Assembly (NCBI GenBank): GCA_964350885.1
Contig: CAYGKV010000002.1
Location: forward strand, 36,427 to 100,426
DNA from: an uncultured Candidatus Saccharibacteria bacterium
GTDB taxonomy: Bacteria > Patescibacteriota > Minisyncoccia > Phycocordibacterales > UBA2100
Direction of reading: 5' to 3'
Length of the DNA: 64,000 bases
Positions 37,179 to 47,520 of this stretch are shown one piece after another. Position 1 is the stretch's first letter. Each line of letters opens with the position of its first letter. A model generated the notes under the pieces. The model searched no databases and was not told the DNA's origin. It worked only from the letters and a program-made list of their open reading frames with translations. Both the position numbers and the translations under genes were made by a program.

Positions 37179-38876
37179 ATGGCCACGCAGTTTAATGAAA
37201 AGAAACAAGACGAGCGCCTCCACGAGCTTCGGGGCCGCGAAGAAGAGCAGCTTGCCGAAATGCTCTCCGGAAAATATGGCATCGAGTATGCCGATCTCAC
37301 CTCGAAAGCAATCGACACCGACTCCCTCCGGCTCGTGGACGAAACTACCGCGCGAAGCGCGGAAGTAGCAGGGTTTCGCAAGGTCAACAAAAAGCTCTCG
37401 CTTGCAGTGCGCGCACCTGAACGCCCCGACACGCTACAGGTTGTTGCGGGCCTTGAGCGTCTGGGATACCAAGTTGAGCGTGTGATGGTCTCGCGCGCAT
37501 CGCTTGAACACGCATGGGATCGGTACCACGATCTGTCGTACGCGACCGAGACGGAAGCGGGAATCCTCACTCTTTCAAACGAAACCATCCAGCAGATGCT
37601 CGAGAAGCTGAAGACGATGAAGGATGTGCGCGTGGAGATACAATCTCATGCTGGATCGAAGGACGCACACCGCATTTCCCGCGTCCTCGAGATTGTCATG
37701 GGCGGGGCACTTTCTCTCGGTGCATCCGACATCCACATGGAGCCAGAAGAAGAAACCGTACGGATGCGCTACCGACTTGACGGCGTCTTGATTGAAGTCG
37801 CGACGTTTGACGCGCCGACATACGCCCTGGTTTCTTCCCGTATCAAACTCCTCTCCGGACTCAAACTCAATATAAAAAACGCCGCCCAAGACGGCCGTTT
37901 CTCGATTGTCGTGAATGCAAAAGAAATTGAGATTCGTACCTCAATACTCCCCGGAGCATATGCAGAAACGATCGTCATGCGCGTTCTCGATCCTACGACC
38001 ATCGCGCTCCCTATGGAAGCGCTTGGCTTCGACAAATACCTCGTGGAAATATTTGCCCGTGAAATCGCGAAGCCGAACGGCCTCATACTAAACACCGGAC
38101 CGACCGGAAGCGGAAAAACGACGACCCTCTACGCATTCTTGCGCCAAGTACACAATCCGGGAATCAAGATCGTTACCATCGAAGACCCGATCGAATATCA
38201 CTTGCCAGGGATTGTGCAGACCCAAGTCTCAAAAGACTACTCTTTTGCGCTCGGACTTCGCTCCACACTTCGCCAAGACCCGGATGTCATCATGGTGGGC
38301 GAAATCCGCGATGCAGAAGTCGCCGCAACGGCGGTAAACGCCTCTCTCACTGGCCACTTGGTGTTCTCCACCTTGCACACCAACGACGCTGCGGGCACCT
38401 TCCCCCGTCTTATCGACATGGGAATAAATGCTGACATCTTGGGCGCTGCGCTCACTGTGACAATGGCGCAGCGTCTCGTACGACGCCTATGCCCGCATTG
38501 TCGCGTACCACAGCCAATCGGCGCAGATGATCTGAAAGCCATCGAGCCGATTTTGCGCAACATTCCTCACGCTGATGAACTGCCTGCAAATCGCGAGACA
38601 ATGTGGCTACCTAAGGGGTGCCCCAAGTGTGGCGGCCTGGGATACAAGGGTCGTATCGCCGTTGTGGAGGTAATTCTTATGGATAAAGAGATCGAGGAGT
38701 GCGTGCGGCACTCATCGAGTGATCGTGACATCTGGAAAGCGGCAACACACCAAAAAATCCGCCGAATGGCGCAAGATGGTGTCGTAAAGGTATTACAGGG
38801 GGTCACCTCTCTTGAGGAGCTGGGTCGTGTCATTGATCTTCATGACGAAGTGATGTTAGAAACAATCGGTAATTAA
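37179..38876 (+). CDS. pilB: Type IV pilus/type II secretion assembly ATPase (PilB/GspE family)
   Basis: T2SSE_N-like N-terminus, Walker A GPTGSGKTTTLYA, Asp box, Walker B (DVIMVGEIRD), His box (TLHTND), and a tetra-Cys motif CPHC...CPKC. Confidence 0.85.
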   Translation: MATQFNEKKQDERLHELRGREEEQLAEMLSGKYGIEYADLTSKAIDTDSLRLVDETTARSAEVAGFRKVNKKLSLAVRAPERPDTLQVVAGLERLGYQVERVMVSRASLEHAWDRYHDLSYATETEAGILTLSNETIQQMLEKLKTMKDVRVEIQSHAGSKDAHRISRVLEIVMGGALSLGASDIHMEPEEETVRMRYRLDGVLIEVATFDAPTYALVSSRIKLLSGLKLNIKNAAQDGRFSIVVNAKEIEIRTSILPGAYAETIVMRVLDPTTIALPMEALGFDKYLVEIFAREIAKPNGLILNTGPTGSGKTTTLYAFLRQVHNPGIKIVTIEDPIEYHLPGIVQTQVSKDYSFALGLRSTLRQDPDVIMVGEIRDAEVAATAVNASLTGHLVFSTLHTNDAAGTFPRLIDMGINADILGAALTVTMAQRLVRRLCPHCRVPQPIGADDLKAIEPILRNIPHADELPANRETMWLPKGCPKCGGLGYKGRIAVVEVILMDKEIEECVRHSSSDRDIWKAATHQKIRRMAQDGVVKVLQGVTSLEELGRVIDLHDEVMLETIGN

Positions 38877-38900
38877 TCGATCGTCGTATATCATACGCGT

Positions 38901-39275
38901 ATGACCACCCCACAAAAAATCCTTATGATCGATGACGATTCGTTTTTTACATCAATCATCGCTGCTGCATTCAAAAAAAATGGATTCGAGGTGCTCTCTG
39001 CCACAAGCGGACCGACCGGGCTCGAGATCGCGCGCTCAGAAAAACCCAATCTGGTGCTTCTTGATCTCGCCATGGCCGGTACCGATGGATACGCGACCCT
39101 CAAAGGACTTAAGGCCGACCCTGCAACGGCGCATGCGCCCGTCGTCATCCTCAGCAGCTTAAATGCAGACGAAGAGATCGAGAGGGCGCGAGTGAGCGGC
39201 GCGGCCGACTTCCTCGTGAAGATGAACCACACGCCCGAGCAGCTCGTCACGCGTGTCAAAGAGCTTTTGGCGTAG
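38901..39275 (+). CDS. Single-domain response regulator adjacent to pilB (PilH-like)
   Basis: ILMIDDD...LVLLDLAMAGTDG...VVILSS...K receiver motifs. Confidence 0.8.
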   Translation: MTTPQKILMIDDDSFFTSIIAAAFKKNGFEVLSATSGPTGLEIARSEKPNLVLLDLAMAGTDGYATLKGLKADPATAHAPVVILSSLNADEEIERARVSGAADFLVKMNHTPEQLVTRVKELLA

Positions 39276-39615
39276 AAAATCTCTTGCCCATTTTAGACCA
39301 CAGAGACGCATTGCACGGAGGCCGCACAGTGTTATGTTTTAGCGTAGGAGTGAAGAGATTTGAGCACTATCGGGCGATGCTTTTATGCAAAGTTGCGACT
39401 GAGACCTGAGGATAGAGGCAGCACTCTGCCGCAAGCGGCAAAACCGCCTCGTCCTTGGAGAAGTCACCATCGCCCGATACTGCGCACATCTCTTTTTGTC
39501 AAAAGAGTGAAGCGAAATTCACTGAATGCGAGTGTAGCACATTAAATGTGTTTGTCAAGTCAGTCTACAGCCTCGCCCCTCTCGCCTTGCGAGAGCAACC
39601 GAGCCTCTCTATGCT

Positions 39616-40629
39616 ATGACCTCAAAAGATCAATCAACAATAGAAAAAAGCCCACGCTCGCTCGACCAGGCGCTGCGCCCTGAATCGTGGAAGGAGTATG
39701 TGGGTCAGCCGACGATAAAAGAAAATCTCCGCATCCTCCTCACTGCAGCAAAGGGCCGCAACCACCAGCCCGAACACGTGCTTTTGTACGGTCCGCCGGG
39801 GCTCGGCAAGACCACGCTCGCCCATTTGATGACCAAAGAGATTGGGGCCAACATGCGCTCCACCTCCGGCCCCGCAATTGAGCGCGTGGGCGACCTCGCC
39901 GCCATTCTCACCAATCTTTCAGCGGGAGACGTTTTGTTCATTGACGAAATTCATCGCCTCAATCGCACCATAGAAGAAGTGATGTACCCCGCAATGGAAG
40001 CGGGGGTGCTCGATATCGTGATAGGCAAGGGCCCCTCCGCGCGTACCGTGCAGCTCGAGCTTCCCCCGTTTACCCTCATCGCCGCCACCACACGAATCTC
40101 GATGCTCTCCGCCCCGCTGCGCTCTCGTTTTTCCGGCGGCACGTTTCGTTTGCAATATTATTCCGACAACGAGATTGCGGAAATCCTGAAACGCTCTGCA
40201 AAAATATTGAAAATAGAAGTGGACGACGAATCGCTCAAAGAGGTCGCGACACGAAGTCGCGCCACACCGCGCACCGCAAATTATCTTTTGAAACGCGCGC
40301 GCGATTTCGCGGAAGTAAATGGCGAGCCGCTAAACTTGAAGACGGTAAGAAAAGCGCTCGCGCTTTTGGAAATCGACGAAGGCGGGCTCAACCAAACTGA
40401 CCGCGATATCTTGACACTGCTCGTAGAAAAATTCGGCGGTGGGCCCGTCGGCCTCAAAACCATCGCCGCCTCCCTCTCCGAAGAGGAAGCGACGATAGAG
40501 GAAGTGAACGAGCCGTACCTCATGCAGCTCGGCTTCCTAGAACGCACCCCCCGCGGCCGCGTCGTCACCAAAAAAGGCTACGAACACATCGGCGCCGAAG
40601 TGCCACGCGCGCAAGAGAAACTTCTTTAA
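39616..40629 (+). CDS. ruvB: Holliday junction DNA helicase RuvB
   Basis: LRPESWKEYVGQ, Walker A GPPGLGKTTLAHL, FIDEIHRL, and a C-terminal winged helix. Confidence 0.95.
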   Translation: MTSKDQSTIEKSPRSLDQALRPESWKEYVGQPTIKENLRILLTAAKGRNHQPEHVLLYGPPGLGKTTLAHLMTKEIGANMRSTSGPAIERVGDLAAILTNLSAGDVLFIDEIHRLNRTIEEVMYPAMEAGVLDIVIGKGPSARTVQLELPPFTLIAATTRISMLSAPLRSRFSGGTFRLQYYSDNEIAEILKRSAKILKIEVDDESLKEVATRSRATPRTANYLLKRARDFAEVNGEPLNLKTVRKALALLEIDEGGLNQTDRDILTLLVEKFGGGPVGLKTIAASLSEEEATIEEVNEPYLMQLGFLERTPRGRVVTKKGYEHIGAEVPRAQEKLL

Positions 40630-40633
40630 AAAA

Positions 40634-41749
40634 TCAGGACCGCACGATTCTCAACAACGCATCAAAGCGATAGAATTTTTCCCTCCCATGTGAAACATAC
40701 GGACGCAGTACGCCTGTCTCGACAAATTTCTCGAGCAAGTTGTATACAGTATTTTTACTATTTGCATGAATCGCGTCCCGCACTTTATTCGCCGAGACAA
40801 TCGGTGATTTGAATAACAGATCGAGTACGGTTATGGCGTGGCGTGAACGAATCTTCGGTAATACTTCTATTTTCAAGGTCTCATACAGTTTTTGTATTTT
40901 GGTCGCTAGCTCTCCCGTCATTCGGGCCTGTGCGGCTGTTGCGGTAAGAAAAAATTTCATCCAAGAAATCCAATCTTGATTGGTGTCCACTTTGTGGAGG
41001 AGGTATTGATATTCGGTTTTGTGTTGCTCAAGGTAATGACTTACGTAAAGCACGGGCGTTGGTAAAAGGTTTGTCTGACAAAGAAAGAGAGGGACGATCA
41101 AGCGTCCTATCCGACCGTTTCCGTCCAAGAAGGGGTGTATTGCCTCAAATTGATAGTGAGCTACCCCAATGCGTACAAGAGGATCTTTTTCTACGTCGGT
41201 ATTCAGATATTTTTCCCAATTATTTATCAACTCTTGTATATCGGTATGGACGGGGGGCATGTAGTCTCCCACCCGCACTTGCTTGCGTCGAAAATTACCT
41301 CGATCTTTGTCTGCCCCACGAACGGAACGCAAAAGAACTCCGTGCGTTTTTTTTAGGAGATTCTCCCCAATGGGTCGATTCTGCAATTCGCGCAACGCAA
41401 CTTCCATGGCTCGCTCATAATTCAAAATTTCCATCACATCCTGGAATCGTTGCTCTGATTCTGCGTTACGTGTGTCTTCGCTAGTTTTTTGTTCGGGTTT
41501 GTCAGAAGCCTCGACCTTCAATACATCCTCAAGAGTTGCGCGGGTTCCCTCAATGGCTGAACTCGCTATCGCTTCGCGCTTCCTAAAAGGCGCGATTAGA
41601 ATATCTGGGTCCGGCAATGCGGTTAAAAGACCCTTTAACTCACCGACAGCAGCGTGCGCCGCAGTCAATTCGTCGACGATATCTCCTCGGAATATCTGCG
41701 GTGGTAGTTTTTTAACTTTCGCTGGTTTTTGTTCATCTTTGTTTTCCAT
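40634..41749 (-). CDS. Fic-family protein (AMPylator fold) with a C-terminal winged-helix
   Basis: Canonical Fic motif HPFLDGNGRIGR within IHPFLDGNGRIGRLIVPLFL. An N-terminal inhibitory-helix-like (S/T)xxxE(G/N) region (IASSAIEGT) is also present. Confidence 0.85.
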   Translation of the reverse strand: MENKDEQKPAKVKKLPPQIFRGDIVDELTAAHAAVGELKGLLTALPDPDILIAPFRKREAIASSAIEGTRATLEDVLKVEASDKPEQKTSEDTRNAESEQRFQDVMEILNYERAMEVALRELQNRPIGENLLKKTHGVLLRSVRGADKDRGNFRRKQVRVGDYMPPVHTDIQELINNWEKYLNTDVEKDPLVRIGVAHYQFEAIHPFLDGNGRIGRLIVPLFLCQTNLLPTPVLYVSHYLEQHKTEYQYLLHKVDTNQDWISWMKFFLTATAAQARMTGELATKIQKLYETLKIEVLPKIRSRHAITVLDLLFKSPIVSANKVRDAIHANSKNTVYNLLEKFVETGVLRPYVSHGREKFYRFDALLRIVRS

Positions 41750-42310
41750 AATGTTGGGTTTGGTATATGCCTCATCCCAATATTGAACGATTTATTGGGA
41801 TAAGTCAAGTGCTGTTCCCAATCAATGCTTAGTGCGTTGGAGATTGATTTTGGGGATAAGGGGAGTTGCGGAGAAAATGACGTGTACTATGGAGATCACA
41901 ACGCACGGTAAGCCAAACGACCCATTTCGGGTCGTTTGGCTTTCTGGTCATTCAAGGGGTCGCGTAATCTGCTCCATGTGTCTTGATACGATCTCCACAC
42001 ACTTCGCACATGAGCTCACCGCACTGACCAAACTATTCCCGCGATGTCCTGGTGGTTTGATACACCGATAGACCCAGAGGAACTGTCGCCTGTTTGTCGG
42101 GGATTACTCCCGTCCTCTTGGCGACGACCGACGCACGGTTAGGCACATCGATACAAGAAATACTACCGCATCAAAAAAACTGCGGGAAACGCGGCAAGCC
42201 CGAAAAATAGTGGATTTCGAGTGGATAGAACTGTGCATAAGCTTGTGGCCTTGCTAGGTAAAAAAAGGAGGAGTATGCTCCGAATTCAACAACGGAAAAG
42301 GAACGAGATC

Positions 42311-42835
42311 ATGACCGTCGCGTTGAAAATATTGGTCTTTTTATTGATTCTTGCGGCTATGCCAGCGAACGCCCAAGAGTACGAAGGGTGCCCACGGACA
42401 ATGCAAGGCTACGGTGGGTTCGGAGCCCCCTCGGCAGAAGGACTGCTCGCGCAAAAAAAGCGCGACGAGGCCGCGCGAATCGACGCCTGCAAAAGGATGC
42501 TCGAATCGGACCCTGCCCCCTTCAGCTACTGGGGATGCAGGCACGCCGAGGCCCACTGTAAAAGGTGGGCCGAGCAACTACAGGAGTCCACGGGGGTCTC
42601 GTGCTGCAGCTCTCCGTACGATGGGGAGTGCCGCGTGTCCCGTCTCGGCGAAGGCGGCAGGACCGTCGAAATCGACGGGATCTCTTGCCCCGTCCCTGTG
42701 GGCGTACACTGGGGAGGTATCCTCGGTATCGAGGTGGGGCTGGTGCTCGTGTGCGCTAACCCATCGCAGACGGATGCGAGCGGCGTGCGCCGCTGTCCGA
42801 CCATCTACTGCATCGGTGCAGAGACTGGCTTCTGA
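42311..42835 (+). CDS. Secreted Cys-rich hypothetical protein (start at MTVALKILVF)
   Basis: Signal peptide ending ANAQE. About 10 Cys. Confidence 0.45.
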   Translation: MTVALKILVFLLILAAMPANAQEYEGCPRTMQGYGGFGAPSAEGLLAQKKRDEAARIDACKRMLESDPAPFSYWGCRHAEAHCKRWAEQLQESTGVSCCSSPYDGECRVSRLGEGGRTVEIDGISCPVPVGVHWGGILGIEVGLVLVCANPSQTDASGVRRCPTIYCIGAETGF

Positions 42836-42944
42836 TGAGGCTCCCCTCCCATGAAAGGCCTTCCTTTTTCTTCGTGCTGAGCGAGGAGGGGTGGGTCTTT
42901 CTTTTTTTGATTGTCAGCCATACTCCATGTGGTATGTTTTTCTC

Positions 42945-43475
42945 ATGTCAGGACACAACAAATGGGCACAAATCAAGCGGCAGAAGGGCGCGGCGGACGC
43001 GGCAAAAAGCAATTTATGGGGCAAGCTTGGAAAGCGTATAGCCGTGGAGAGTAAAAAGGCGGGCGGTGACGTAAATTCGCCGGGGCTTCGCACGATTATC
43101 GAAACCGCGAAAAAGACAAACATGCCAAAAGACACGATCGACCGCGCTATCGCAAAAGGGATCTCTGCGGATGCGGCCGACCTCGAGGCAATAACCTACG
43201 AAACATACGGGCCCGGTGGCGCAGCGATCGTGATCGAGACGCTAACTGACAGCCGCAACAGAACGGCCCAGGAGATAAAACATCTGCTTTCTGAGCTCGG
43301 GCTCGCTCTCGCCACTCCCGGGAGCGCCTTGTGGGCATTTGAGCGGGTAGGAACGACGTATGTGCCGAAGACGACCGTGCCACTCGGAGAATCCGACAAC
43401 GCGAAATTAATGGAGCTTCTTGAAAAGATAGACGCGCATGACGATGTGGAGGAAGTGTGCACGAACGCGGAATGA
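42945..43475 (+). CDS. yebC: YebC/PmpR-family transcriptional regulator (start at MSGHNKWAQIK)
   Basis: MSGHNKWAQIKRQKGAADAAK is the diagnostic YebC N-terminus. Conserved yebC-ruvC adjacency. At 176 aa it is shorter than typical. Confidence 0.8.
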   Translation: MSGHNKWAQIKRQKGAADAAKSNLWGKLGKRIAVESKKAGGDVNSPGLRTIIETAKKTNMPKDTIDRAIAKGISADAADLEAITYETYGPGGAAIVIETLTDSRNRTAQEIKHLLSELGLALATPGSALWAFERVGTTYVPKTTVPLGESDNAKLMELLEKIDAHDDVEEVCTNAE

Positions 43476-43487
43476 TACTCTTGGGAC

Positions 43488-43961
43488 ATGAAGGTACTCG
43501 CGATAGATCCGGGATACGGCAGGTGTGGCGTTGCGGTCGTTGAGAAAAGCCGTGGTGGAAAAGAAGTCCTTCTCTATTCCGAATGCATCGAGACCTCGTC
43601 GAAGTCGAGTTTCTCGGAGCGACTCGCGATCATCGTGGGGGCATGCGCGAATCTCATAAAAAAACATGCCCCCGATTGCGTAGCGCTCGAAAAGCTTTTT
43701 TTTGCGAAAAACCAAAAGACCGCCATGCACGTCGCTGAAGTCCGCGGCGCCCTTATCTCCGCTGCATCGAGTGCTGGGCTTACGGTGTTTGAATACACGC
43801 CGGGCGAAGTGAAGAGCGCAGCTGCAGGGTTCGGTGGTGCCGACAAGAAGGCAGTGGCTTCGATGCTCCGTGCGCTCGTAAAAATAGAAAAACGGATTGA
43901 GCACGACGATGAATACGACGCGATCGCGATCGCAGTTACACACCTCGCACGTGCACGATAG
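43488..43961 (+). CDS. ruvC: Holliday junction resolvase RuvC
   Basis: MKVLAIDPGYGRCGVAVV start and a C-terminal DAIAIAVTH motif. Confidence 0.9.
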   Translation: MKVLAIDPGYGRCGVAVVEKSRGGKEVLLYSECIETSSKSSFSERLAIIVGACANLIKKHAPDCVALEKLFFAKNQKTAMHVAEVRGALISAASSAGLTVFEYTPGEVKSAAAGFGGADKKAVASMLRALVKIEKRIEHDDEYDAIAIAVTHLARAR

Positions 43962-43985
43962 AGACTGGCAAGATACAATTCCGCA

Positions 43986-46388
43986 ATGCGCACCCGCCGG
44001 AAACACACGTTCTCTCAATTGGTTGAGATGAGCTTCATCGCCGCGTTAGCCCTTGGCCTCGTCGCGGTTGGCGCCCTGCTTCTCTGGGCAGCATTCGTCG
44101 CGATCCCCGCGATCAACAGCTTCGAGAGCCGGAGGGTTGCTGAGTCGACGAAGATATTCGACCGCACCGGCAACGTCGTGCTCTACGATGTTCATGGCAC
44201 CATGCGCCGCACTGCCGTACCTCTTGAGGCAATATCGCTCTACATCCAACATGCGTCTGTGGCGATCGAAGATGCCGAATTCTATCAACATTTCGGGTTT
44301 CGCCCACTCTCTTTTTTGCGCGCAGTCATCGCCAACGTAACAACGGGTTCATTCAAGCAGGGTGGCTCAACGATCACGCAACAAGTGGTGAAAAACGCCC
44401 TCCTCACACAAGACAAAACTATTCTGCGCAAAATAAAAGAAATCGTGCTCGCGATCAAGCTCGAGCGAGTATATTCAAAAGATCAAATACTCACGACCTA
44501 CCTCAACGAAAATCCCTACGGCGGCACGATCTATGGCGTACAAGAAGCGAGCCAGTATTTCTTCGGCATTGACGCAAAAGACGTAGACCTTGCACAAGCC
44601 GCGTACCTCGCAGCACTCCCCAAAGCGCCGACATACTACTCCCCGTATGGGAACCACCGCGAAGCTCTCGATGCACGCAAAGATCTTGTTCTCGCAAAAA
44701 TGAAAGAGCACAAACTCATCACCAACGAAGAGTACGAAAACTCAATAAAAGAAAAAGTGTTGTTCCGCGACACCGCGGAAGCCGGAATTAAAGCCCCGCA
44801 TTTTGTTTTCTACATTCGAGAGTACCTCGAACAAAAGTACGGGGCAGATGCAATTACTAACGGCGGCCTCCACATCGTTACCACCCTCGATTACGGTCTT
44901 CAGAAAAAGGCCGAGGAAACGGTAGCCAAGTTCGCCCCGGGAATGCTGAAAAACTTTAACGCGTCGAATGCTGGCATGGTAGCGATAGATCCAAAAACAG
45001 GCCAGGTCCTCGCCATGGTGGGTTCCAAAGGATATTTTGACGAGACGATCGATGGTAAGGTCAATATCGTTTTGTCCAAACGCCAACCGGGCTCGTCGTT
45101 TAAACCTTTCGTATACGCGACCGCATTTGAAAAGGGGTACACTCCCGAAACGACCGTGTTTGACCTGAAGACACAGTTTTCAACCTCCTGCGCGCCGCAA
45201 GACATACAGAATGAGACGGCTCCGTGCTACTCACCAAACAATTTCGACGGCGTGTTCAAGGGGCCTATAACGCTCCGCAACGCGCTCGCGCAATCTGTCA
45301 ACGTCCCGGCAGTGAAAACACTCTACCTAGCTGGTATCCCGGCGTCACTCAGGATGGCGCGCGATCTGGGCATCACAACGCTCGGGGATCAAAATCAATA
45401 CGGCCTTACGCTCGTCCTCGGCGGTGGCGAGGTAACCTTACTTGAAATGACTGGGGCGTACAGTGTGTTCGCAAATGACGGCGTGCGGAATGCTCCCACC
45501 GGGATCTTGCGAATCGAGGACAAGGGTGGAAACATCCTTGAAAGCTACGAAGAAAAAGGGGCGCGGGTTTTGGACCCCCAGATCGCACGACAAATCAATG
45601 ACATTCTTTCTGACAACGTCGCGCGTACCCCTGAATTTGGCGCCAATTCTCCGCTCAACTTCACCGACTACGACGTTGCGGACAAAACGGGAACGACCAA
45701 TGATTATCGAGATGTGTGGATATTGGGCTATACACCGAGTATGGCTGTCGGGGCGTGGGCGGGCAACAACGACAACACGCCGATGGCAAAAAAGATCGCG
45801 GCATTCATCGTCGCTCCGATGTGGCATGAGTTTATGGAATATGCTCTTGGTAAATACTCGTCTCCGACTGATGCTTTCCCGCCCCCGTTGCCGGATTCTG
45901 ATGTCGCCTCATTGCCGGCCGTATTAAACGGGAACTGGAATACGGATCCATCCCAGGGAATCCACGAAATTCTCTACTGGTTAGACAAAGACAACCCGCG
46001 CGCGGGACGCCCAGAGAACCCTTCCAGCGATTCTCAATTTGCCCACTGGGACTACCCGGTCTCTCTCTGGACAGGACGGGGTGGCTCATCGGGTATTAGC
46101 GTCGGGGCAGGAGGAGGTCTTCTTACTAATTTTCAAATCACATCTCCGCGCGCAGGCGCGGTCATTCCTGCGGAGACCCCCCTGGTACTTCGGGCATTCT
46201 CTCCGCGACCAGAAACTATTTCCCACGTTTCGTATTATATAAACAACTCTCTTGTCGGAACCGCCGCCCAGTCCCCGTACGATGTCGAATTTACCCCCTT
46301 TATCCGGGGGGTTACGCTCGTACGAGCGGTCGCTTCGTACCTTGATACAAAGAAAGAAGAGCACACGAGCGTGTTTATGGTTCAGTAA
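43986..46388 (+). CDS. Class A penicillin-binding protein (transglycosylase + transpeptidase) with a C-terminal extension
   Basis: N-terminal TM. GT51 motifs (AIEDAEFYQH, GGSTITQQVVKN). TPase motifs SSFKP, SVN (QSVNVP) and KTG (DKTGTTN). Confidence 0.9.
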   Translation: MRTRRKHTFSQLVEMSFIAALALGLVAVGALLLWAAFVAIPAINSFESRRVAESTKIFDRTGNVVLYDVHGTMRRTAVPLEAISLYIQHASVAIEDAEFYQHFGFRPLSFLRAVIANVTTGSFKQGGSTITQQVVKNALLTQDKTILRKIKEIVLAIKLERVYSKDQILTTYLNENPYGGTIYGVQEASQYFFGIDAKDVDLAQAAYLAALPKAPTYYSPYGNHREALDARKDLVLAKMKEHKLITNEEYENSIKEKVLFRDTAEAGIKAPHFVFYIREYLEQKYGADAITNGGLHIVTTLDYGLQKKAEETVAKFAPGMLKNFNASNAGMVAIDPKTGQVLAMVGSKGYFDETIDGKVNIVLSKRQPGSSFKPFVYATAFEKGYTPETTVFDLKTQFSTSCAPQDIQNETAPCYSPNNFDGVFKGPITLRNALAQSVNVPAVKTLYLAGIPASLRMARDLGITTLGDQNQYGLTLVLGGGEVTLLEMTGAYSVFANDGVRNAPTGILRIEDKGGNILESYEEKGARVLDPQIARQINDILSDNVARTPEFGANSPLNFTDYDVADKTGTTNDYRDVWILGYTPSMAVGAWAGNNDNTPMAKKIAAFIVAPMWHEFMEYALGKYSSPTDAFPPPLPDSDVASLPAVLNGNWNTDPSQGIHEILYWLDKDNPRAGRPENPSSDSQFAHWDYPVSLWTGRGGSSGISVGAGGGLLTNFQITSPRAGAVIPAETPLVLRAFSPRPETISHVSYYINNSLVGTAAQSPYDVEFTPFIRGVTLVRAVASYLDTKKEEHTSVFMVQ

Positions 46389-46425
46389 GAGTTTTTTCCC
46401 TTGAGGACGAGCAAAAACCACTACA

Positions 46426-47520
46426 CTATCGATTCAATGGCATCACGAGATAGAGGAAGCTTGCATCTGAAACGCCACGGATAACAAGAGGCTTCCCAGC
46501 ACCAGCGAAACCAAGCACGACCGAGTCAGACTCGATTACCGGAAGACAATCGGCCAAGTAGCCAATATGAAAATTAATGTCGAGGTCTTCGCCCGAGAGC
46601 GCGGCGTCAATCGAATCCGACATCTCTCCAACGTCAGAACTGCGAGCTGTCGCGCTGAAAATCTTTCGTTTTGGGTACACGTGCAACCCAACATGTTGGT
46701 CGTTTCCAGAAAATACACGCGCCTTCCGTAGCATTTCTGCAAAATCATTTTTAAGTATCGTCGCCTCAGTAGTGGAGGCCTTTGGAATAATTTCTTTATA
46801 GTTTGGAAATGTGCCGTCGACAACCCGCGATACATACCGCACCACCCCGGAGGAAACGGACATCTGAGAATCATCCGCGGTAAGTGTTAGCGCCTCACTA
46901 TCCACCCTCTCAAGTACGTGCGCCAACTCGAGCGCGTGCTTCAAAGGGATAAGGAGTTCGGTTTTGCTTTTTCCTGCGCCTGTAACCATCTTTTCCGCGA
47001 GCCTAAAGGAATCTGTCGCGACACACACAATGTTGCCAGATGAAATGGAAATATACACACTTCCCAATTCCGGTCGGATCATTGAAGGAGATGCCGAATA
47101 CGAAACCGACTGTATTCCCCGCATAAGCTGATCTCGAGAGACAGTCATCCCCCCTCGATCCCGCTCTTCACCAAGCACAGGAAACTCTTCGTGAGGAACT
47201 GTCTTAATAAGCGTTTTCGTCCCCTTTGACTCAACCATTAAATTCCCCTCCTCTGTTTTAAACACAACCCTCTCTCCAGAAATAGATCTCAACGTCTGCG
47301 AAAGAACTACCACAGGAACAGCAACAATTCCTTTTTCCTCAATATCACAAGGGACGACCACTTCAATACCGGCCTCTAAGTTTGTTGCCCTTACAACAAA
47401 CTCACTACCAACATCAAAAAGAACACATGAGAGTACCGGCAACGACTCTTTTTTTCCCGTAATTCTTTCCGCTAACATCACCGCGTTTAGAATTTTTTCT
47501 TTTGTTGTTGTTATCTTCAT
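46426..47520 (-). CDS. dnaN: DNA polymerase III beta sliding clamp
   Basis: Three-domain clamp, about 364 aa. MKITTTKEKILNAV start. Located immediately downstream of dnaA. Confidence 0.9.
   Translation of the reverse strand: MKITTTKEKILNAVMLAERITGKKESLPVLSCVLFDVGSEFVVRATNLEAGIEVVVPCDIEEKGIVAVPVVVLSQTLRSISGERVVFKTEEGNLMVESKGTKTLIKTVPHEEFPVLGEERDRGGMTVSRDQLMRGIQSVSYSASPSMIRPELGSVYISISSGNIVCVATDSFRLAEKMVTGAGKSKTELLIPLKHALELAHVLERVDSEALTLTADDSQMSVSSGVVRYVSRVVDGTFPNYKEIIPKASTTEATILKNDFAEMLRKARVFSGNDQHVGLHVYPKRKIFSATARSSDVGEMSDSIDAALSGEDLDINFHIGYLADCLPVIESDSVVLGFAGAGKPLVIRGVSDASFLYLVMPLNR

Noticed and set aside
41832-42071. 79-aa plus ORF in the 560-nt non-coding region
   Set aside because: It reads straight through a 13-bp perfect hairpin and has no RBS. 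More likely non-coding.
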